From contig CAVXGK010000002.1 of the NCBI GenBank assembly GCA_963761305.1, forward strand, positions 2,976,001-3,040,000: a DNA stretch of 64,000 nucleotides. Reading direction: 5' to 3'. This stretch comes from an uncultured Gemmatimonadaceae bacterium (GTDB taxonomy: Bacteria > Gemmatimonadota > Gemmatimonadetes > Gemmatimonadales > Gemmatimonadaceae). Positions 40,039 to 49,249 of the stretch are shown here, one piece after another (positions within the stretch are counted from its first letter, which is position 1; each line of letters opens with the position of its first letter). Both the position numbers and the translations under genes were made by a program. The notes beneath the pieces were generated by a model, which was not told the DNA's origin, ran no database searches, and saw only the letters and a list, made by a program, of their open reading frames with translations.

Positions 40039-41667
40039 CTAGTGCCCCGCACCGGCCGGGGCTTGACCTTTCGGGCGCCGGAGGATCAAAATGGCCGGCG
40101 CAATCAACACGAACGTCGCCAGGATCAACATCCACGCGTCGTTGTAGCTCAGCATCGTGGCCTGGCGCATGAGCGACGCATCGAGGATCGCCAACGCACC
40201 CTGTTTAGCCTGCGTGGCGGAAAAGCCCTTCGCCATGAGGCCGGCGACCGTCGCGTTCTGGCGCGCGACGAACGCGGGGTTCTCGATGTACGTGTTGGCC
40301 GTCAGCACCGCGCGGTGCATCGCGACCTGGCTGTCGAGGTACGTGGTGATGATCGCGATGCCGAACGACCCGCCGAGCTGTCGCGCCAGATTGATCAACC
40401 CCGACGCCTGTTGTGCCTGGCTCGGCTTGAGGTTCGCGTAGGCGACGTTGTTGATCGGCGTGAACAGGAAGCCCAGCCCGAGTCCGCGGATGATCAGCGC
40501 GTACCGGGCTTCGGGCTCGCCGGCGTCGACGGTCAGATGTCCGAGGCGCCACATCGCCACCACGAACAGCGACACACCGATGTAGATCAGGATTCGCGCG
40601 TCGACCAGGGGCTTGGCGCCGGTGAGCAACCGCCCGCACACGATCGCCGCCACTGCCGTGGCGATACCGCCCGGCATGAGCGTAAGCCCGGTCTGGGTGG
40701 GCGTGAAATGCAGCAGGTTCTGAGTGAACAGCGGGAACAGGAACACGCCGCCGTACAGGCCGAAGCCCAGCGCGATGAACAGGAAGAGCGAACCCGCGAG
40801 GTCGCGGTTCTTGAGTACGTGAAAATCGATGACTGGATGCTTGTTTCGCGGTGATAGCTCCCACCACAGCATGGCCGCCAGCGACACCCCCGCGATGATG
40901 CTCAGCCGGATGATCAACGTGTCGTTGAACCAGTCCTTCTCCCGGCCCTCCTCGAGCACATACTGGAGCGACGCGAGCCCGATCGTGAGCAGCGAGATTC
41001 CCGCCCAGTCGATCGACTGCGGCTTCTTTCGCATGCCGGGCGGATCGTGCAGAAAGCCCGTGACCAGGAACGTGGCCACGATGCCGATCGGCACGTTGAT
41101 GAAAAAGACCCAGCCCCAGTTGTAGTTGTCGGTGATCCACCCGCCGAGCGTCGGGCCGAGCGTCGGCGCGACGATGATGCCGAGGATGAAGATGGCCTGC
41201 ACCATCCCCTGCTCTTCGCGCGGGAAGATCTGACGGAGCGTCGCCTGCGCGGTCGACAAGAGCGCCGCGCCGCCCGCGCCCTGCACCACGCGCCACAATA
41301 TGAGCTCGCCGAGGCTGTGCGACGTGCCGCAGAGGAACGACGCGACCACGAACAGGATGATCGATCCAGTGAGGTAGTTCTTGCGCCCGAACGTCGCCGT
41401 GAAGAACGCGGTCATCGGCAGCACGACCACGTTCGACAGGATGTAGCCGGTGCTCACCCACGCGATCTCCTGGATCGTCGCGCCGAGGTTTCCCGCCATC
41501 TGCGGCAGCGCGACGTTGATGATCGTCGTGTCCAGCACTTCCATGATCGCGGCAGTGATGAGACCGAGCAGGATGATCCACCGGTACTGATCACCTTGCT
41601 CGTGTTCCTGCGCCTCACCACGCGCCCCGATCGTGCGCTCGTTCTTGCCAACAGCAGATGTCGCCAT
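40039..41667 (-). CDS. DHA2 (EmrB/QacA) MFS efflux permease
   Basis: MEVLDTTIINVALP, WVSTGY, APTLGPTLGGWITDNYNW, RQLGGSFGIA. Confidence 0.93.
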   Translation of the reverse strand: MATSAVGKNERTIGARGEAQEHEQGDQYRWIILLGLITAAIMEVLDTTIINVALPQMAGNLGATIQEIAWVSTGYILSNVVVLPMTAFFTATFGRKNYLTGSIILFVVASFLCGTSHSLGELILWRVVQGAGGAALLSTAQATLRQIFPREEQGMVQAIFILGIIVAPTLGPTLGGWITDNYNWGWVFFINVPIGIVATFLVTGFLHDPPGMRKKPQSIDWAGISLLTIGLASLQYVLEEGREKDWFNDTLIIRLSIIAGVSLAAMLWWELSPRNKHPVIDFHVLKNRDLAGSLFLFIALGFGLYGGVFLFPLFTQNLLHFTPTQTGLTLMPGGIATAVAAIVCGRLLTGAKPLVDARILIYIGVSLFVVAMWRLGHLTVDAGEPEARYALIIRGLGLGFLFTPINNVAYANLKPSQAQQASGLINLARQLGGSFGIAIITTYLDSQVAMHRAVLTANTYIENPAFVARQNATVAGLMAKGFSATQAKQGALAILDASLMRQATMLSYNDAWMLILATFVLIAPAILILRRPKGQAPAGAGH

Positions 41668-41852
41668 CTCGTCGTTGATTTTGGGGATCAGTGCCGCGGC
41701 GGCGGGTCGCCCGTCGACCCGCCGCGTGCTACAATCATCGCGCCCGCGTTCTCCGGCCGTGGCCGGTGTGGGGCTCGATCAAATCTCGCGACGTGGACAA
41801 CCGTTATGGCCCGTCTGTTCGATTTTTCGCCAAACGTCCCGGCCCCCCGCTC

Positions 41853-43145
41853 GTGACCGATTCGACGCTCGCCGTCGCCCCCGAATTGGCCGTCGCGCGC
41901 GGCTCGTGGTTGCGGACGCTTACGACCGCCGAGCGCCGGGCTCTGCTCGCGGCCGGGCTCGGTTGGATGTTCGATTCGATGGACTTCCTGATCTACGTCC
42001 TCGCGATCGGGCGGCTCAAATCGTACTTCGGCTTCGGCGACGCCACCGCCGGCCTATTGGGCACGCTGACGCTGGTCAGCGCGGCGGTGGGCGGTTTGTC
42101 GTTTGGCGTGATCGCCGACCGCATCGGCCGCGTGCGGGCGCTCAACATCACGATTCTCATATACTCCATCTGTTCGCTCGGCGCGGCGACGTCGCAGAGC
42201 GTGGTGCAGCTCGCGATGTGGCGCGCGCTGCTCGGCATTGGCATGGGCGGCGAGTGGGCCTCAGGGGCCGTGCTGGTCGCCGAGTCGCTGCGACCGGAGC
42301 TGCGCAACAAGGCGACCAGCGCGGTGCAGTCGACGTGGGCGCTCGGCGCGATTCTCGCCGCGGTCCTGGCCGGCCTCGTGCTCGACGTGCTCCCGTTCGG
42401 CGACCAGGGGTGGCGCGTGCTGTTCGCCCTCGGCGCCTTGCCGGCGTTGTTCACGCTCTGGGCCCAGCGGAACGTCGAGGAGCCGGAGATCTGGCGCGCG
42501 TCGCGCCGTTCGCCGCACGCGTCGACGAATCCGTATCGCGTCCTCTTCGGCCCCGAGCTCCGGAAGCGCACGCTGTTGGCGTGTCTCCTGGCGTCGTTGC
42601 TGCAGTTCGCGTACTGGGGATTGTTCTTCTGGCTCCCGAACTTGCTCGCGTCGCCCATCGAGAAGGGCGGCGCCGGCATGACCGTCGTGAAATCGACCGG
42701 CTGGTTGATCCCGATCCAGGTCGGGGCGTTCATTGGATATCTCTCATTCGGTCCGCTGGCCGACAAATTCGGCCGCCGCCGGGTGTTCGCGACGTTCGTG
42801 TGCGCGGCGGCGGTCCTGGTGCCGGTGTACGGGCAGCTCGTTCATCACCCGACGCTGCTGTTGCTTCTCAGTCCCGTGCTCGGTTGCGCGGGCCACGCCT
42901 ATTGGAGCGTCGCCGCGCCGCTCATGTCCGAGCTGTTTCCGACCGCGGTGCGCGCCAGCGGCCAGGGGCTCGGCTACAACTCGGGCCGTCTCCTCGGGGC
43001 CCTGTCGCCCTTCGTGATCGGCGTGCTCGCCACGGTACCGCACATCGGCATCGCCTCGGCGCTCAGCCTCACGTCGGCATTCTATCTCGCGGCAGCCATC
43101 GTTGTGTTCGCGCTGCCGGATCAGAGTCGGGCCGCGCTGAACTAG
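41853..43145 (+). CDS. MFS transporter (sialate/aromatic acid:H+ symporter-like)
   Basis: GWMFDSMD, ADRIGR, GIGMGGEW, ELFPTAVRASGQG. Confidence 0.9.
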   Translation: MTDSTLAVAPELAVARGSWLRTLTTAERRALLAAGLGWMFDSMDFLIYVLAIGRLKSYFGFGDATAGLLGTLTLVSAAVGGLSFGVIADRIGRVRALNITILIYSICSLGAATSQSVVQLAMWRALLGIGMGGEWASGAVLVAESLRPELRNKATSAVQSTWALGAILAAVLAGLVLDVLPFGDQGWRVLFALGALPALFTLWAQRNVEEPEIWRASRRSPHASTNPYRVLFGPELRKRTLLACLLASLLQFAYWGLFFWLPNLLASPIEKGGAGMTVVKSTGWLIPIQVGAFIGYLSFGPLADKFGRRRVFATFVCAAAVLVPVYGQLVHHPTLLLLLSPVLGCAGHAYWSVAAPLMSELFPTAVRASGQGLGYNSGRLLGALSPFVIGVLATVPHIGIASALSLTSAFYLAAAIVVFALPDQSRAALN

Positions 43146-43189
43146 GGTGCTAATCCGAGGCCCTTTATCGGCCTCGCAAACTGCTAACG

Positions 43190-43444
43190 GCAACTGCTTC
43201 GACGCAGAGACGCAGAGAGAAAACCACCGAGGCAGCAGAAATCTTTGTGCAACGGGCCGGAATCTTTGGGGAACGGCCGCTCGGGAAGCTTCGCGACGAC
43301 ATCAAGCTTGCACTGCCGCGGCGAAGCGTCCCGAGCGGATTTCACAAAAACATCCCGGCTCGTGGCGCGACCAACGGTCGGTTGAGCCTCTGCGTTCTCT
43401 CTGCGTTCTCTGCGTTCTCTGCGCCTCTGCGTTGAAGCAGTTGC
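43190..43444. repeat. ~255-bp palindromic element, copy 2 of the 32.3 kb family
   Basis: Terminal inverted repeat GCAACTGCTTCGACGCAGAG / CTCTGCGTTGAAGCAGTTGC; lies between convergent genes. Confidence 0.85.
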
Positions 43445-43480
43445 AGTTCCGACGATCAGGGAACCATTCTTCGCTTGGAG

Positions 43481-43921
43481 CTATTTGCCTGGCACCGCCG
43501 CGATGCACTCGATCTCCACTTTCGCCGCGGGGCTCACCAGTGCGGCAACGGCGACGGTCGATCGGGCGGGCGGTTCTTTCGGGAAGGCCTGCGTGTAGGC
43601 GCTGTTCATGCCGGCGAAATCCTTCACGTCGGCGAGGAACACGGTGCATTTGAGGACGTCGGCCATCGTCGCTCCCGCCGCCTCGACGACCTTCTGCACG
43701 TTTTCCAGCGCGCGCTTCGTCTGTCTTTGAATCGTGCTGTCCGGCGCGTCGCGCGACGTGCCGAGTTGTCCGGACACGTACAGGATGTTGCCGTACCGGA
43801 TTCCGGGTGTGAGCGTGGCGGTCGCATTCATGCCGGGCGCGGTCACCGATTGCTTCTGCGCGAACAGCGACGCAGGCACGACGAGCGCGGCCAGGAGAGC
43901 GGCGGAGTTGACGAATCGCAT
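43481..43921 (-). CDS. RidA/YjgF/UK114-family protein with signal peptide
   Basis: LYVSGQLG, FAGMNSAY, PPARSTV, KVEIECIA; N-terminus MRFVNSAALLAALVVPASLFAQ. Confidence 0.9.
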   Translation of the reverse strand: MRFVNSAALLAALVVPASLFAQKQSVTAPGMNATATLTPGIRYGNILYVSGQLGTSRDAPDSTIQRQTKRALENVQKVVEAAGATMADVLKCTVFLADVKDFAGMNSAYTQAFPKEPPARSTVAVAALVSPAAKVEIECIAAVPGK

Positions 43922-43995
43922 GAGAGCCTCGCGGCGAACGGTGGATGAGAGTCGCCGCAATCTCCCTTGGTCTGACGGCCCGCGGAAGGGTCCCG

Positions 43996-45588
43996 CTATT
44001 GTCCGCTCGGAACCGGCGTCGACTTGAACACGGTGTCGCGTTGATAGACGTCGGTCGCGAAGTGCAGGTCGCCGTCGCGCGCGTACGCCGTGAAGTACAC
44101 GATGTACACCGGCAGCCGCTGCGGCAGCGTCACGGCCCGGTTGTCTTTGCCGCTCTCCATCGCGGCCGTCACGCTGTCGGCCGTCCAGCCGAGCACGAAT
44201 TCGGCCAGCGAGTCGGGATGCTGCACGCGAATGCAGCCGTGGCTCTCGGCGCGCACGTTCTTGCCGAACAACGATTTCTCGTTCGTGTCGTGCAGGTAGA
44301 TGTTGTAGTCGTTCGGGAAGAGGAACTTCACGAGCCCGAGCGAATTGCGTGGGCCGGGGCGCTGGCGCAGCACGCGCGAGCCGTCTTCCTTCGCCCACTC
44401 CATGTCGTTGCGGCGGAGGTACGTCGTGTCGGTCTTGAGCTTGGGAAGAATCTCTTTCTTGATGATGTCCGGCGTCGGCCGCCAGTACGGTCGAAACACG
44501 ACGGTGCGCATGACGTCGCTGAACACCGGCGTCGACTTTTCCTTGTAGTCGGCGCCGACGATCACTCGCATCGACAGCGCGCGCTGGCCGGAGTCGTACG
44601 CGTCCAGCCGAAACGACGGCACGTTGACGTACACATAGCGCTGGCCGAGCGCGCGCGGCAGCCAGCGATGTCGTTCCATGTTCGTCGCGATCTGCGCGAT
44701 CCGCTCTTCGACCGGAACGTTGAGCGCGGCGAACGTCGCCTTGCCGATCTTTCCGTCGGGGGCGAGGTCGTGCCGCTCCTGCCACTGTTTGAGCGCCGAG
44801 ACCACCGAGTCGCCGTGAACGGCGAAGCCCTCCGCCTCGAGGCGCGCGCGCAACGCGTCTCGGCTCGCGCCGGCGACGACCTCCTCCCAACCGCCATGCG
44901 CGGCGAAATCGCGGTATTTCGCGTAGTCGCGTCGCAGCACGGCGTATTCGGAATCCTGCGGCGCCATCTGCTCGAGCCCGACGCTCATCGACGAATCCTC
45001 GAGCGTGTTGACGAGCGCGGAGTCCACGGCCGCCGGTCGCGCGGGGATGTACCACGACTGCGACACCGTCCGTGGATCCACCTGTCCGACGAGCATGTCC
45101 GACGCATAGCCGACGTACGCCGCGGTGAGCAACACGTCGGCGTTGGCGATGTCGCGCGCGGTCGCGCCGCTGTCGATCTTCTTCGCGTCCACCACGCGGT
45201 GGATCGAATCGATCGGGTAGCGATCCGTCTTGAGCGCGTGGGACGCCGCGGAATCGAGCGCCGCGAGCAGCGCGGTTGCGCGTTCTTTGACGCCGCCCGA
45301 CTGGACCCAGACCGGCGCGTCGGAGTAGTGGGCGTAGAGCGCCTGCACTTTCTGCCAGCGGTCCGGCGTCACCCAGCTCGGCGCCGGCTCGCTGTCGACG
45401 CGCGCCGTGATCGCGGCCTGCACCATCTCGGCGGAAACGCCGGCGACCCGCGCGACTTGTTGGGGAACGTACTTGCCCGGCGGTGCCTTGGGCGTTGGTT
45501 CTCGCCCGCAGGAGACGACGACCGCGGGAGTGAGCGCCAGCACCCCCGCCAGCAACGCATGCGTCGCTGAAACCACCTGTCTATGCAT
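43996..45588 (-). CDS. L,D-transpeptidase (YcbB/LdtD-like)
   Basis: NMERHRWLP, VNVPSF, LRQRPGPRNSLGLVKFLFPN, IYLHDT, SHGCIRV. Confidence 0.92.
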   Translation of the reverse strand: MHRQVVSATHALLAGVLALTPAVVVSCGREPTPKAPPGKYVPQQVARVAGVSAEMVQAAITARVDSEPAPSWVTPDRWQKVQALYAHYSDAPVWVQSGGVKERATALLAALDSAASHALKTDRYPIDSIHRVVDAKKIDSGATARDIANADVLLTAAYVGYASDMLVGQVDPRTVSQSWYIPARPAAVDSALVNTLEDSSMSVGLEQMAPQDSEYAVLRRDYAKYRDFAAHGGWEEVVAGASRDALRARLEAEGFAVHGDSVVSALKQWQERHDLAPDGKIGKATFAALNVPVEERIAQIATNMERHRWLPRALGQRYVYVNVPSFRLDAYDSGQRALSMRVIVGADYKEKSTPVFSDVMRTVVFRPYWRPTPDIIKKEILPKLKTDTTYLRRNDMEWAKEDGSRVLRQRPGPRNSLGLVKFLFPNDYNIYLHDTNEKSLFGKNVRAESHGCIRVQHPDSLAEFVLGWTADSVTAAMESGKDNRAVTLPQRLPVYIVYFTAYARDGDLHFATDVYQRDTVFKSTPVPSGQ

Positions 45589-45684
45589 CGACTCGCAAAT
45601 TAATGGATGGCGCTCGGGCGCGGTGCGGCGAGCGATGCGAAGATCGGCCGAACCGCTGCCGAAGACGATTTCGGACGGCCGGCG

Positions 45685-46263
45685 TCACGCCAGCGCGGCG
45701 AGGACCTCTTGCGTCGAACGCACGCGTCCGAGCCGGACGAAGATGTTCTTCACGGCAAACGTGTGCGCGGCGCCGTCGAAGCTCGCCATCGCGTCTTCGG
45801 CAAAGACGATCGCGTAGCCGCGTTCCCAGCCGTCGCGCGCCGTCGATTCCACGCCGAAGTTGGTCGAGATGCCGCACATCACGAGCGTCGTGATGTCGCG
45901 CCGTCTCAACTGCAAATCCAGCTCGGTTCCATAGAACGCACCCCATTGGTGCTTCGTGATGTGGATGTCGCGCTCGCCCGCGCCGAGTGTCGGCGACAGC
46001 ACGTCCCAACCGTCCGGGCGTGGGCCGCGCGGCATCTGTTCGTCGCTGGGCTGCGAGAGCGCGTCCGCGCCGTCGGCGGCGAACGAGACGCGCACGAGCA
46101 CGACGGGTGCTCCCTTTTCGCGAAATCGCTTGCACATCGTTGCCGAACGTTCGAGAACGTCCGCGCTGGTGTGGGGCGCCGCGGGGCGTCCGAGGATTCC
46201 GGCCTGGAGGTCGATGACGACCAGCGCGGTCTTGGCGGCGGTGAGTTCGAGATGCGTGGTCAT
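45685..46263 (-). CDS. Isochorismatase-family hydrolase (YecD-like)
   Basis: ALVVIDLQ, TKHQWGAFYGTELDLQLRRR, GISTNFGVESTARD. Confidence 0.9.
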   Translation of the reverse strand: MTTHLELTAAKTALVVIDLQAGILGRPAAPHTSADVLERSATMCKRFREKGAPVVLVRVSFAADGADALSQPSDEQMPRGPRPDGWDVLSPTLGAGERDIHITKHQWGAFYGTELDLQLRRRDITTLVMCGISTNFGVESTARDGWERGYAIVFAEDAMASFDGAAHTFAVKNIFVRLGRVRSTQEVLAALA

Positions 46264-46408
46264 TGGGCGGATTCAGATGAGCGTGGTCCGTTCACACTAC
46301 TCGAGGTCCGACGGCGCGCCAAGATAGGGGTCGATCATCACACTCTGACGTTCTCGAAGGTTGACGACTGCGCGTCCGCGGGCGAGCATAGGCGTCGATG
46401 GAGCCTCG

Positions 46409-47803
<1,395 letters not shown>

Positions 47804-47809
47804 ACTGCG

Positions 47810-47919
47810 GGTGGACCGGTGGACCGGTGGGCCGCTGGACCGGTGGGCCGGTGGACCGGTGGACCGGTGGACCGGACGGATCGAAGACCTCTCGCTGTTC
47901 ACCCGTCCACCTGTCCACC
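47810..47919. repeat. Eight tandem GGTGGACC-like units followed by three inverted units
   Basis: Units at 47810-47873, inverted units at 47896-47919, between the POT gene stop and the tRNA 3' end. Confidence 0.88.
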
Positions 47920-47927
47920 CACTAAAG

Positions 47928-47999
47928 AGGCGCGGGCCGGAATCGAACCGGCGAATAGCGGTTTTGCAGACCGCTGCCTTACCACTTGGCTACCGCGCC
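47928..47999 (-). tRNA. tRNA-Cys (GCA), CCA not encoded
   Basis: GGCGCGGTAGCCAAGTGGTAAGGCAGCGGTCTGCAAAACCGCTATTCGCCGGTTCGATTCCGGCCCGCGCCT folds as a cloverleaf with anticodon GCA and a U discriminator. Confidence 0.96.
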
Positions 48000-48191
48000 G
48001 ACCTACGGCCAAACCGCGCCGTTCGGGGCCTTCAAAAGTAAGCATTCCGGCGGGCGGGCGGGAGATTTAGACCCTCGGTACGGCCCGGCCGGGGTTCGGG
48101 CACGACGGGCCACGACTGAAGCCGAGAAAATGGAAACGCAGCCCAATTTTGGCTCGCGCGTTATCGAAGCTCGATCGCGGCGATGAAGTGG

Positions 48192-48277
48192 CGTTCAGAG
48201 CTCGTTTGCGCGCACCACTCGAACGCCGACGATCGGAACGATTCGCGCGTTGCCGCTCGCCGACTGGAAGCGCACGG
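48192..48277 (-). repeat. Displaced copy of the GH127 gene 3' end (att-like direct repeat, copy A)
   Basis: 83/86 identical to 49164-49249; encodes VRFQSASGNARIVPIVGVRVVRANEL* versus ..VPIFGV.. in the gene. Confidence 0.92.
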
Positions 48278-48430
48278 GCGTTTACAACTCGCCTCATTAG
48301 GACTGGTATGCCCCTGCTCGACGTGATGAGCTATACGCGGCATTCGAGCCTTGAGATGCCGTCGATCTATTATCAGCGACTCGAAAGGGGAAGACACTGC
48401 CGACGTACCACGAGGCGTTCAAAGACGAGC
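48275..48430 (+). pseudogene. C-terminal remnant of a tyrosine recombinase/integrase
   Basis: RAFTTRLIRTGMPLLDVMSYTRHSSLEMPSIYY resembles box II (H..Y nine residues apart); visibly lower GC; no start or N-terminal part. Confidence 0.65.
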
Positions 48431-48482
48431 ACAATGAAACGCTGCGGACCGCGACAGTCCGTTACGTTTTGCACTCTTCGTC

Positions 48483-48878
48483 GTGAATGCTTCAACAGAG
48501 AAAGAGGCGCAATTGCGAACTTTCTTTTCACTGGCCTCAGCGATTGTCGGCGCATTCTTTTTCAGCGAACTGGTGAGTGAGCTTGCCGACGCGGCGACGG
48601 GCGCTGGGCGGTCCTCCCTCCTCGAAGCCGGTTCATTCTCGATCGTTTTCTTGATCATCTTGGCGATCATCGCTGTGATCGCCTTCTTCTGCGCCCTTAG
48701 GATACGCGGGGCCACGTGGGCGATTGTGCTGGCTTGCGGCGTCATGACGGCCCTAGCGGCGTTCCTCGCGTTCATTTTTCATGATTCCCGCATCGGAATC
48801 GTGGCGGCGTCTTCGCTCGTACTGACGTTCGTGATGCACCACCTTGGACGCGTAAGGACCGACGCCTCCCTTCGCTAA
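48483..48878 (+). CDS. Small hypothetical membrane protein (about four TM segments), cargo between the direct repeats
   Basis: 131 aa hydrophobic ORF in lower-GC DNA. Confidence 0.55.
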   Translation: MNASTEKEAQLRTFFSLASAIVGAFFFSELVSELADAATGAGRSSLLEAGSFSIVFLIILAIIAVIAFFCALRIRGATWAIVLACGVMTALAAFLAFIFHDSRIGIVAASSLVLTFVMHHLGRVRTDASLR

Positions 48879-49012
48879 CCGTTGTGCGGCTAGGCGCGCG
48901 GAAGAGCTTCCAATCAGGCCATTTCGCGTGGCCGAGTGTCCCGCTATCCGGCGTTACCGCCGGGTCGGGCTCGGGGCCGCCACAGGCCACGATTGCAGGG
49001 CAAGAAGATGGA

Positions 49013-49113
49013 AACGCAGATGCCGCAGATGAAAAGGGCGATCCCGCAGACTACGACCCAGGGGCCGTTTTCAACCTGCGGCATTGCCGTTCAAGATCTG
49101 CGGCATCTGCGTT
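49013..49113. repeat. 101-bp palindrome with perfect 18-bp terminal inverted repeat
   Basis: AACGCAGATGCCGCAGAT (49013-49030) / ATCTGCGGCATCTGCGTT (49096-49113), imperfect inner stem. Confidence 0.88.
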
Positions 49114-49163
49114 CAATTCTGCCTCGCCCCGCCTCCACAATTCAATCGAGGCGACGAATTCCC

Positions 49164-49249
49164 CGTTTAGAGCTCGTTGGCGCGCACCACTCGAACGCCG
49201 AAGATCGGAACGATTCGCGCGTTGCCGCTCGCCGACTGGAAGCGCACGG
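49164..49249 (-). repeat. Direct repeat copy B (functional 3' end of the GH127 gene)
   Basis: Matches 48192-48277 with 3 mismatches. Confidence 0.92.

Noticed and set aside
43156..43176. Intrinsic terminator after the MFS gene
   Set aside because: A 7-bp stem is present but lacks a convincing U-tract, so it was not called.
47928..47999. tRNA-Cys as the integration site of the nearby remnant
   Set aside because: No duplicated tRNA 3' fragment was seen; the remnant is on the tRNA 5' side and the duplicated sequence is the GH127 end.
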